Origin: the human T2T-CHM13v2.0 reference genome, Homo sapiens
Reading direction: 5' to 3' (one strand)
Length of the DNA: 64,000 nucleotides
Assembly (NCBI RefSeq): GCF_009914755.1
Contig: NC_060925.1
Shown: positions 34,225 through 46,250 of the stretch, piece after piece
Layout of the letters: each line of letters starts with the position of its first letter
Position numbering within the stretch: position 1 is the stretch's first letter
Made by a program: the position numbers and the translations under genes
Notes under the pieces: model-generated
Seen by the model: only the letters and a program-made list of their open reading frames with translations
Database searches by the model: none
Told to the model about the DNA's origin: nothing

Positions 34225-35474
34225 GATACATTGCCAATAACTTTTGAGCATACTGTTCTCACGTGTTTCTTACCACATTCTGGTGACATTCTGATTTCCT
34301 TAAACCAAATCATCTAAGTTAGATTGTGTTCCAAGTTTTTGAAATTAAAGTTAGAGTATCTTTAACAAAACTTATGTGATTTGGCAATTGTTTATCTAGC
34401 TTTCTTTAACAAAACTTATGTTGTGGCAACTTTATCTGGCAGCTGTTACCTGTGTGTCAACTGATTCTGAGCATCTCCTTGGCTACCCCAATCTAAAGGG
34501 GCTCTTCTAAGCTTCCCTATAGGTCTTCCTTGTGGTACATACTTCTCTTTCATTGCAGCCATCTGTATATTTCCAGAAAATAACCTAGATAGCTCCACCA
34601 TTACAGATTTCCAAAAAATTATGCCACAAGGGACTATCAAAGAGAAATAACTCATTCTCTTTTTATATTCTCTAATTTTATTAGATATATTTAAGGGAAC
34701 TGTTCATTCTCTTTTATAATTCTCTATTAATTTTCGTTAGACTCTAGTGTTTTACATTGACTTTCTGGAAGGTTTCTGGTTTGATCAAGTTTTTGAATCA
34801 AAAGAATTCCTGGGATATTGTTACCTGATAAGATATGCCTTCAGATGAAAATTCTAGACCATCTTTAGAGTTTAGGATTCATTTGGAGGGAAAGAAATAT
34901 CATTTGCAAAGTTGCATGTGGATAAAATAGACTCATCTTTTAATTTAACTGCATCAATAGTTGCTATGTTTTTAAAGTTCATCATTACATTTTACATTTA
35001 AATACTTCTGTGAGGATTTTAGGCTAATTCATTTCAAGCAACTGAATCCTCTATGTAGACCTAGAATATATAATGCTGTAAATTAGTAATATTACATATT
35101 CTTGGTTTTGTAAACCTCCTCCCTCAAAAAACTATTCTGTTTTCTTTGAGGTGTTCTGATTTTAGAAACATGTTAGAAGGAGTGAAGTCCAAAGGAACAT
35201 AATTGTAATATGGATTTACTTTTGGTAATGTTGTGATACCTAATTGTTATCAGTATGGCCATAGTCACATTTGTCACATTAATCACTTTGGCCTCAATTT
35301 TTGCATCTATACCTATTTATATTAATTTATATCTATAGAAATCTTTAGAAACCAAACTATTAACAGTCATTACCTATGTATTGTTTGAATATTTTCACTG
35401 ATAATTGCTTTTGTAATGAAAAAATACATTTGTGAATTGATTAAAAATTTTATTTTCTTACATTTTTAAAAAGC

Positions 35475-36220
35475 CTTTATTTTTTAGAGCAGTTTTAGGT
35501 TCACAGCAAAATTGAGAGGAAGGTACAGAGATTTTCCGTAGACTCCCTGCCCCACACATTTATAACCCCCCATTATCAACTATCCCCCCTCAGAGTGGTA
35601 CATTTGTCACAATTGATGAACCCATACTGACATATCATTGTCACTCAAAGTCCATAGTTTACATTATGGTTCACTCTTGGTGTTGTATATTGTATGAATG
35701 TTGACTGATGTATGTATAGTGACCTTTATCTGCAGCTTTAGAAACATACAGAAGAATTTCACTGCCCTACCCATCCTTTGTGGCCTTCCTATTCCTCCCT
35801 CCTTCTTACCTAACTCCTGGGAACTGCCGATCTTTTTACTGTTTCCATAGTTGTGCGTTTTATAGAATGTCATAATGTCATATAGTTGGAATAACATAGT
35901 ATATAGTCTTTTCATACTGGTTTCTTTCCCTTAGTAATATGCATTTATGTTTCCTCCATGTCTTTTTTTTCCTCTTTAAATTTTTATTTTTTTAGATTCA
36001 GAGGTTACAAGTATGGTTTTGTTACATGGATATGTTGCGTAGTATGTACATCACCTGAATAGTGAACTTTGTGTACAATACTACTTATAAGTGAGAACAT
36101 GTGGTATTGGATTTTCTGTTTCTGAGTTATTTCACTTAGAATAATGGCCTTTAGCTCCATCCACGTTGTTGCAAAGTACATGCTTTTATTCTTTTTTATG
36201 GCTGCATAGTATTCCATGGT

Positions 36221-36251
<31 letters not shown>

Positions 36252-36950
36252 CATGTGCATGTGTGTGAATATGCCACTTTTTTTAATGCAGTCATTCATT
36301 GAGGGACACTTAGGTTGATTCCATGACTTTGCTATTGTGAATAGTGCTGTGACAAACATATGACCGCAGGTGTCTTTTTGTTACAATGATTTCTTTTCCT
36401 TTGAGTAGATACTTAGTAGTGGGATTGCTGGATTGAATGATAGTTCTACTTTTAGTTCTTTGAGAAATCTACACATTGTTTTCCATAGAGGTTGTACAAA
36501 TTTACATTGCCACCAACAGTGAATAAGCATTTCCTTTTCTCTGCATCCTCACCAACATCTATTATTTTTTGACTTTTTAATAATGGCCATTCTTACTGGT
36601 ATAAGATGGTATCTCATTGTAGTTTTAATTTGCATTTTTCTAATGATTAGTGATATTGGGCATTTTTTTCATGTTCATTGGCTGCTTGTATGTCTTCTTT
36701 TGAGAAATGTCTTCATTTCTTTTGCCTTCTTTTTAATGGGATTATTTGTTTTTTTCTTGTTGAGTTGTTTGAGTTCCTTCTAAATTCTGGATATTAGTCC
36801 TTTGTTGGATGCATAGTTCTGGAAGAGTGCTGGAACCTCTGTATCTTTTCGTGACTTGATGTCTCATTTCTTTTTAGCCCTGAATAATATTTAATTGTCT
36901 GGATGTACCACAATTTACCCATTCACCTACTGATGAACATCATGTTTACT
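35475..36950 (-). mobile_element. Old L1MA/MB 3' end with a nested younger L1 (L1PB/MA-like) fragment at ~35965-36820 containing (TG)n
   Basis: ORF 36005..36295 contains the ORF2 C-terminus ([10 protein letters not shown]...WMELKAIILSEI). The host 3'UTR resumes at ~36836 after a degenerate duplication of cctccatgtctttt. Confidence 0.72.
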
Positions 36951-37149
36951 TCTATTTCCTTACATTATTACATTTGCCAAACTCTTCAAAATTCTCATTT
37001 CATACAAATCCATACAAGATTCTCAGAATTCGTATTCTGCATTAGTGTCTATATAAGCCAACACAATTGTTGCATCATTTGGGTAACTTACTGAAAAAAC
37101 AATTATGGAGAATTATTTTATTTTCAAACAAATATTTAAAAATAAGTTT

Positions 37150-37497
<348 letters not shown>

Positions 37498-38160
37498 TTA
37501 TATAATTGTTCTTAATTTTTATATTTAAACAGTGATAATTTAATCAGCAGTGGGCATTTCCCATAAGAAGTCTATTCTTTTGCATCATTTTTTGTGTAAT
37601 GTGCTAAGGGCATGTCTTATATGATGATGTTTTGTATTTGGAGGATCATGGGAAAATTCAGGAGATCATCAAGCCATCATCATGTTGAAGACAAATTCTT
37701 TCTAAAAGTGCTCAGCGAAAGCAGTGTTAATATTTTGGTGTTACTCTCTTAAATACATATTAAAATAGCACTTTAATGTTTGTTTATATAATTGCACATC
37801 CAGATATTTATTTATCATTTATACTGGATATTATATTTATCATTTATAATGGAAGCTAGAATAATATGCTTTAGAAAGGAAAAATAAAATATTCAGTGTT
37901 TGTTTCCTTTTATTAAAACATAAATATAAAATGTCAGCTTAAAGAGAAAACATGAAGTGTGAGTCTTCAAAAAGAAAAGAGATGTCAGAAAGTGGAGTAA
38001 TTTCTACAAATGAATGCATCCTCTTGAATGTAACACATTGTACAATGGAAGCACAAAGTTATTCATTAGACACTCACTGAGGACTTAGAAAGTTAAATAA
38101 TTATTGAGCACTACATGGTTTAATCTCAGATACTTTCTATTCATGTCTTAGTCAAAATGA

Positions 38161-38535
<375 letters not shown>

Positions 38536-38934
38536 TAGCTATTTTTTAAATGTATTGAACAATGTTTTTTAATTCTTTGATACCTGTATGAAATAGATGT
38601 CTTATGGCTATGATTTTAACATACATAATCATTTTTATATGGATAATAAAATTAGGATTCATTATGTGAACAAACTAATAAATAATTTCCAAATTATCTT
38701 GTATCCCATAAAAATATAATGAGGGAATTATTTTACTTTTAAGTACATTCCTTGTAGTCTTCTAAATTTGCTTTGAAATAGAAAAACACACCTTATTTTT
38801 GTTAAATGTATAAAATATCAAATGACTGATAATATTGTTGAATTGGTTAAATTTTAAAATATTCATGAATAATAATAATTCTTCAGGCAAGGAATATCTC
38901 TGAAAGAATATACGTTTTAAAGATGGGTTTTTCA

Positions 38935-39100
38935 GAAAGAATAGCTAATGGATGCTGGGCTTAACACCTAGGTGATGTGATGATCTGTGTAACAAACTGC
39001 TATGGTACATGTTTACCTATTTAACTAACCTGCACATCCTGCACATGTACCCCTGAACTAAAAATAAAAGTTGGAAAAACAAAAAAAGAAAAGAAAAAAA
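38935..39100 (+). mobile_element. L1PB-like 3' terminal fragment
   Basis: gctgggcttaacacctaggtgatg...cctgcacatgtacccctgaactaaaaataaaag followed by an A tail. Confidence 0.8.
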
Positions 39101-39291
39101 TTCTTTTTTTTTGTTTAAGTATAATGCATACTGATTGTAGCTAGTGTAGTTAAAAATTCTGCATCTGGAAATATAAACAACAAAATTATCCCAAGTCTTT
39201 TGGAAAAGCTAGGAAGAGTGGAGTCAATTGACTCATCCATGTAGAGAGACCTCCAGTATGAAAATACAGGCATATCTTTTCCTCCCTTAAA

Positions 39292-39395
39292 AGCGTGATG
39301 ATTGGGTTTTCACATGTATGAGTGAGATGTGCCTCCCTCAGACCTTGTTATGATGTTGGCACATTACCTGTCTAATGTTAAAAAAAAAAAAAAAA
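39292..39395 (+). pseudogene. 5'-truncated U13 (SNORD13-like) C/D snoRNA retrocopy with poly(A)
   Basis: agcgtgatgattggg...gtgagatgtgcc...accttgtta...ggcacattacc matches U13 as I recall it. Box C GTGATGA at 39295-39301; box D degenerate (CTAA); A16 tail. Confidence 0.8.
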
Positions 39396-39729
39396 GGCTG
39401 GGCACAGTGGCTTAACTGCCTGCAATCCTAGCATTTAGGAGGCCTAGGCGGGCGGATCACTTGAGCTCAGGAGTTAGAGACCAGCCTGGGCAACATAATG
39501 AAACCCCATCTCTACCAAAAAAAAAAAAAAAAAAAAAAAAAAAATTAACTGGACATGGTGGTGCATGCCTCTAGTCCCATCTACTTAGGAGACTGAGGTG
39601 GGAAGATTGCTTGAGAGATGGAGGCTGCAGTGAGCCATGATCACATGATCATGCCACTGCACTCCAGCCTGGGTGACAGAGTGACACCCCATCTCAAAAA
39701 AAAAAAAAAAAAAGGAAAGAAAAAGAAAA
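39396..39729 (+). repeat. AluJ-like abutting the U13 poly(A)
   Basis: Forward Alu, expanded central A-tract, deletion in the right arm. Confidence 0.9.
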
Positions 39730-39979
39730 GTGAGAACTGAGCTAGGTGAGTTTTGAGCTCTTTTGTCCTATTTAAGTGGTTTGAAATTAAAGAAAATTTG
39801 AGAAGCAATAATTGAATTTAATTCTATTACTTTAGAAAAAAGGAAACTGAGGGCCAGAGGGACTAAGTGATGGGCAAACGCATGCCACTAGTTAAAGCTT
39901 GTTCTTTTTCTCTCAGAATAGGCAATGGAAGTTGTATCAGAACACTGGTAAATTTGATTTAGCTCTTCTCTTTCACTGA

Positions 39980-40174
<195 letters not shown>

Positions 40175-40380
40175 TAAGTACCAAATAATTAATTTGGCAT
40201 TTCTAATACACAGTTTTTTTAAAAGAGCTTTCATATACGGAAGTAGATTATAAACCTCTTGCATCCCTACATTTCCTATTATATGTTTTATTTTTTAATA
40301 TAGCATTCTGCTCTGTTAGGTTTCCTCTTTTCTCCTCCTGCTAATTGAGGTAGCAAGACAGTCAGGTTTAGGGTCACGAT

Positions 40381-41023
40381 TGTCAGGTCCATGAGTATAC
40401 CAAATGTTCAGTTCAAGTTCAGGTTCTAGCTCACACTGAGGTCCGAAGGGAGTGGGTGGATGGGCAATAGCTGAACGAACACTCTGGGGGCCTTAAACAG
40501 GTGAAACGTAGTTTTATTCAGCAGCTCTCTATCAGCAGCTTACTCAAACTAGGTCTCTCATTAGCAGCTCTCTTAGCAGCAGCTTTCTCTCACTGTCTGC
40601 TCTGTTTTGACTGCTTGGGCCAGCTGCTCCTATGCACAGCTGCACGGCTGGCTCTCTCTTGCCTTCAGGGTCAGCAGCTTAACTCTTTCTCTCTCTGGGC
40701 ATGAACATGAACCATGCTGTGCCATGTTGTGCCATGCTGAGCCATGCCCTGGCTCCCCTCGTCAGAGCAAGACTGACAGCTCTGGTACTCTCTCTCTGGG
40801 TACAAGAGCGCCTGTACAAGAACATCTGTAGAGTGTCAGCAGGGCAATTATACCTTTTACAGACAACAGTGGCATATGGCCAAGGGATGGCCTTCCCATG
40901 TTATGGCTACATGGCTGTGATAACAGATGGAGTTATATGCCTGCGCACTACTCGCTGAGTCATGCAGGCCTGGACATCTGCCTTGGCCTGATTCTTGACC
41001 GAAGCACATCCATGTACCTTACA
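40381..41023 (-). mobile_element. ERV solo LTR (LTR18-like)
   Basis: The minus strand begins TGTAAGGTACATGGATGTGC and ends TGACA; 5-bp TSD acgat/aagat; AATAAA on minus at ~40514; AP-1 motif TGAGTCA at 40956-40962. Confidence 0.78.
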
Positions 41024-41449
41024 AAGATATTGCAGGTATAGGTGGGCATGTAGTCTGAAAGAAGAGTGAACTCAGTTCAGGAGTGCTAGATATTTGAGTG
41101 GAAAAGGAAAAAAGGTGCGTTTTATATTTCTTTTTCAGATGATTTTTCGTATTCGATCTCTTTATAAACTTAAAAATATGGGTGGCTAATATTTGTGCTA
41201 GAAAGAGAACAAAGATATTGTTTTCAAATAGCCATATACTTATAACTCAAACAGCGAATATGTCATTAAGTTTTCTAATTACTCTAGTGATGATATACAC
41301 CATTTTTATGTCAATTTTAACTCTTTAAAATTCTTTCTCATTAATTCTTCTATTTGATGCTTAAAGTCTCGCTTCCTTCAGTTCTGCAGTTATTGAGATA
41401 ATACCGTTGAGGAGCAATGTGCTAGAAACTGTCCCTATACAAATGAATA

Positions 41450-41670
41450 GAGACAGAAAGTAAAGCGGGGCTGAGAGGAGGGGGAATTGGGGAGTTACTG
41501 TTTAATGGATATAAAGTTTCAATTTGGGAAAATGAAAAATGTTCTGGAGTTGGGGAGTGGTGATGGTTGCATAATAACGTGAATGTATTTCATGTCATTG
41601 CACTGTACACTTAAAATGGTTGAAATGTTAAATTTTATATACATTTTATTACAGTAAAAATTTAAAAAGA
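41450..41670 (+). mobile_element. Old L1M 3' end fragment
   Basis: ggagttactgtttaatgg...aatgttctggag...ctgtacacttaaaatgg. Confidence 0.7.
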
Positions 41671-42015
41671 AACTTAAAGACATGTAAAAAAGGATGAATG
41701 GTTACGATCACTGTCCTTTAGGTGCTCAAAGGCTAGCAGTTGGGACCTGTATGTACAGAGTTTCAGTTTAAGTGGTTACCGATATGTATTTGGTAGGTAC
41801 ATAATGTCATGGGAGCCCATCATTGTTGTGAGATCTTAGATGGGGGTTATCTAGTTAAGCTGGTGAGAGAAGAGAGGAGGAAAGGTTTCCTAAGGAAGTA
41901 GATAGCTGAGTTGAGTCATTAGAGATAAATAAGAGCTAATGAGAAAATATGTGGGCAGTATAGTGTTGGGAAGAGATCAGTATCACCTGGAACCTTGTTA
42001 GAAATTTAAATTTGC

Positions 42016-42132
42016 ATGCTAAATGACGAGTTAATGGTTGCAGCACACCAACATGGCACATGTATACATATGTAACAAACCTGCACGTTGTGCACATGTA
42101 CCCTAAAACTTAAAGTATAATAATAATAAAAA
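42016..42132 (+). mobile_element. Very short L1PA4-like 3' terminus inserted into a MER5-like DNA transposon relic (~41977-42255)
   Basis: atgctaaatgacgagttaatgg...aaacttaaagtataataataataaa; perfect 14-bp TSD aaatttaaatttgc at 42002-42015 and 42133-42146. Confidence 0.9.
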
Positions 42133-43179
42133 AAATTTAAATTTGCTAGCTCACCCCTGTGAATAAAAAATTAGGGGGGGTGGAGCTCATTAATATATGT
42201 TTTGCCAAGTCCTTTGGGTGATTCTGATGGAACTCAAGTTTGAAAATTCCTGCTGTAGAGGTTAATATGACAGATTTTAGAGTCAGACTACCTGGCTGTA
42301 CCACTTACTAAATGCACTCACAAAGCACTTGCTATGTTTAACAGTTGTTCTACCTCTAGAAATTAACACAATGGAAATATTTACACAATGTTTAAAAATT
42401 ATTTGTTGAATGAATACATATTGCCAAAATGCTTTCTAAAATATTTTCCAATTTACCCTCCAGAAATGTCTTAATGAGCCAAAAAGTTAATAAAAAAATA
42501 ATATTGTCTGAAGGTGTGAGTAGTGAGTAGTCAACGGTCAGATATAGCAGGAAGATATAATAAGGTCTGAATGATATGTACGGATTTGGCAGTGTGAAAG
42601 TAATGGGTCTTTAGGCAGAGCTCATTCGGGGGAGCGGAAGGAGAGGTTGCCAGAACAAAGGGAAACTTGAAGAAAGGACCCGGAAGAGCTGATCTTTATG
42701 CTAGTTCCTCATTCAGTTGATGGGGGGACACTGCAGAGCTGGAATTCATATATCCAAGGCATACTATGGCTGGTGCTGAGAATATGAAAAAAACCTGGTT
42801 ACTGGGACCAACTGCTGCTGCCCAGGTGAGGAACCTTTGGCTGGAGTGATATTTCAAGAATGGTAGGCAAAACAGGAAGGATCAACTCCCTTGTCACTCC
42901 ATTATTCTAGTCTCTTTCTAGCTCCCCCACAGGTAGAATTTAACAAGAATTTAGGTAGCAGAGGAGAACTATGGTTTGCAGAGTTCCAGCCCCAGCATGG
43001 TGAAACAGAGCATAGGGTGCATTTGAAGATGGCAGTCAATAGCTTAACCACCAGCAAAATTCACTTCATTGGCTCATTGGCTACTTAGAACATTCACACA
43101 CACCTTTCTACGCATACCTACCTTTCCCTACAACTTCCTTATAACTTCATGCTTTCACTTAATTAAGTGCAACTATACT

Positions 43180-46100
43180 TTAAAAAAAAAATCAAAAAGA
43201 TCCTTTATTTCATGTGTATGTAGTATCATAATTCATCAAAATAATTTATAATAGTTAACTGCCCCTCAAATATTGTTTTATAAATGATGCCTTCTGAAGT
43301 TAAACATAATGTAGATTCATTTTTTAAAAATTGTCTGTTTAGAACATACTAAACAAATGATAAGTTAAAAAAAAATATAATTCTCTCCTGTGAAGTCTTC
43401 TAAGAAAATCATGGCAAGTTCCTGATAAGATAAAAACCATTCCATCATTAAAGGGGATTAAAAAGAGGCATAAATAAATTTGAATAGGAACATCTGTTTG
43501 CTGAGTTTTGTCATTGTGTACAAATGAAACTCTAGAGTTAAAATTATATTCTGATTTCCTTCTATAAGCAAGAAATTCCTTAATAGAAGCTCAGAAATGA
43601 CCTCAGTGCCTTGGTGAAACATACTTCTTCATCTGCGGACACTCAGTGCTCCCATCTCTATCAGATCTGCTGTGTTACCTCTGTTAACATTCCCAGGCAT
43701 CTCCAGGAAGACGGGAGATGTCATCCTCTCCAAGATGGCTCTACCAAACCAAGGCTTTCCTGGCACCAACAACGTTCTTTCTAAAGCCCTACACTTCACA
43801 GAGGAGGCAAAGCCCGACGAAGCACCATTTCTGCCACGGTGTCCACCTTAAGCTTCCAACTGCCACTGTTGTGAGGAGGAGCCATCACAGATTGCCATAG
43901 CCACAGAGTCTTCCTGACCCTGTGGAGCCACTGCTCTCAGGCACTGTCCAGCTGACGTCTGGTGTAGCCAATTATTTTCCCCAAAGGTCCATGTCTGCCT
44001 GACCCATGGCACTCCACGAGTTGTGGTGGGTCTGATGAGCTAGTTTCTGTCATACCTAGACAAAGAAGATGGTTTAAAACCAATTCATGCTCTTCATTAT
44101 AAATCCAGATCTGATTTGGGTCCCCATGCTCACAAGTCTTAAGCACTAGTAGGCCTCCTTTCCAACTTGGGCAGCCCTGAGCCACCAGACATTTGTTGGT
44201 CTGGAGGTGATAGAGCCTTCCAAGTTGAAGGACTTTGGGGCATTTTGGCCCTCTACTGATAAAAGTGGGTTGCTGGGATTTGTCATGGGTCCCAGATATC
44301 TGCATCTTTGGGTAAATATTACCCAAATACCATTCAAATGATTTGCATCCTAACTTCTTTCTCAATTCAACATGCTCACTGATGGTTCCAAAGCTTTTCC
44401 TCTCCAGATTAAGTCTTAAGGAAAAATACTGCGCCTTTATTCATCCAGCCAGACATGTGCCAGCTGCAAAAAGTTGTGTTCATGGCATCCCGGCCTTCAG
44501 GAGATCCATATGGTCCCCTTTTTTTGGAAAATGTGTCCTACTGTAGAGCAAGGCATGATGAAGAACTTACCTCCACACACCCAGATCTGAAATGTTATTT
44601 CCAAGTTTTCTCCTCTCCAGATATCCATGCCAGTATCATACTGTCCAAGTTCCTGGAAATACTGTCTGTTCCTGGCAAACAATCCTCCAGCCATTATCGG
44701 TGACTTTGTTGGTGCTGTGGCTTTTTCTGCTCATCCTAGCTCAGAAAGGGGAACAAGCTCCTATTTGAAGTGCAGCCCTCAGTTGAATCCTCCACGGACA
44801 ACAGAGGATGAGCTGTAGGCTAGCGTGTTGGCACTAATGATATCAATCACTGAGAACATCATGGTCTGCTAGTCCACACAGATGACAGCCAGCAAGGGCT
44901 GCTGCCACATCACATTCACTTCAATTGGCTGTCTAGGAACACAAGGACTTCTGTTGTGTGGACTGCTACACTCATTCTTCCTTGAATCAATCCCTCACAC
45001 TTTATGTTTCTTATACCTTAATTTTTCCAAGGAGGTATTTTTGGACATATTCATCTCGTCCTCCTTTCAAGTCATCAAGGTCGCTAACAACATCCATAAA
45101 GATGATTTCATGAAGCAGGTTTGCTGGCATGCAATTTGTGACAATGTGCAGCATCTGGAGACAGGGCAGAAAAAGCTTCATTGTGGAAACAGATAACAAT
45201 TATGTAAGCAACTGGCAGGTCAGGAGGTAGGACTTTACATGCTGTATTCTTTGTCCCTGGCACATCTCTGTGGTAGCCTGCAGTTACTGATAAGCATATT
45301 AAAAGCACATTTCTGATAGCCCGTCTCTCAACTCCTGAGCACGTTAATTAAAAATCATGCCTAGTTCAGAAGACAATTTCAAGTGGCCTTTTTCTGGATC
45401 TTCAATATGACCATCACATCATCAATTTTGTTTGCTTCGAACTGTGGCTCTAGTAATAGACTTGGACCTTGAGTGAATCAGGAATAGAATTGTTTTGGAA
45501 ATGGTCCATGGGGTCCAGGCCCCTTGAGCACATTCTTTTTTTTTTTAATATAGTTTAAGTTCTGGGATACACGTGCAGAAAGTGCAGGTTTGTTACATAG
45601 GTATGCGTGTGCCATGGTGGTTTGCTGCACCCATCAACCCGTCATCTACATTAGGTATTTCTCCTAATGCTATCCCTCCTCTAGCCTCCCACCCCCCTAC
45701 AGGCCCCAGTGTGTGATGTTCCCCTCCCTGTGTCCATGTGTTCTCATTGTTCAACTCCCACTTATGAGTGAGAACGTAGTGTTTGTTTTTCGGTTCCTGT
45801 GTTAGTCTGCTGAGAATGATGGTTTTCAGCTTTATCCATGTCCTTGCAAAGGACATGAACTTATCCTTTTTTATGGCTGCATAGTATTCCATGATGTGTA
45901 TGTGCCACATTTTCCTTATCCAGTCCATCACTGAGGGGTATGTGGGTTGGTTCCAAGTCTTTGCTATTATGAATAGTGGATGAGCACATTCTTAAGTGGC
46001 TGAGTCACTTCACCGAAGTTGAAATGAACAAAAACCAAAACTGCACAGGTCACAGATGTAAAAATGTACCCATAACAGAAATATTGAACTGTGACACTTC

Positions 46101-46250
46101 CCATAATAGACTTAGCATAACTAATGGGCCATTTTCAATTTCTGCAGCACTGGCAGTGGCCTTCCAGGACTCAGGCTGTGGCATCTTTCCTCCTGCCACA
46201 GCCCCTGTCTGAGCCACAGGAGCTGCCCAGGGGGTGAGGAGTGGTGGGCT
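43180..46250 (-). pseudogene. Processed pseudogene of a polypeptide GalNAc-transferase, GALNT11-like
   Basis: The minus strand reads [12 protein letters not shown] from the ATG at 46104 through [35 protein letters not shown] and the ricin-lectin region to QQWQLEA* at 43848. No introns, multiple frameshifts, DxH motif disrupted near 44925, AATAAA at 43204-43209. Outer limits are approximate. Confidence 0.92.
45538..45980 (-). mobile_element. 5'-truncated L1 (L1PA7-like 3' end) inserted in the GALNT11-like retrocopy
   Basis: ORF 45593..45931 is the ORF2 C-terminus plus 3'UTR. TSD tgagcacattctt at 45525-45537 and 45981-45993; target TCTT/AA. Confidence 0.93.

Noticed and set aside
34359-34440. 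~42-bp imperfect tandem duplication (similar cases at 24587-24690 and 47972-48006)
   Set aside because: Ordinary local duplications with no sign of function.
43937-45308. Glycosyltransferase ORFs as a functional nested gene
   Set aside because: Multiple frameshifts, disrupted DxH motif, L1 insertion and no introns indicate a processed pseudogene.
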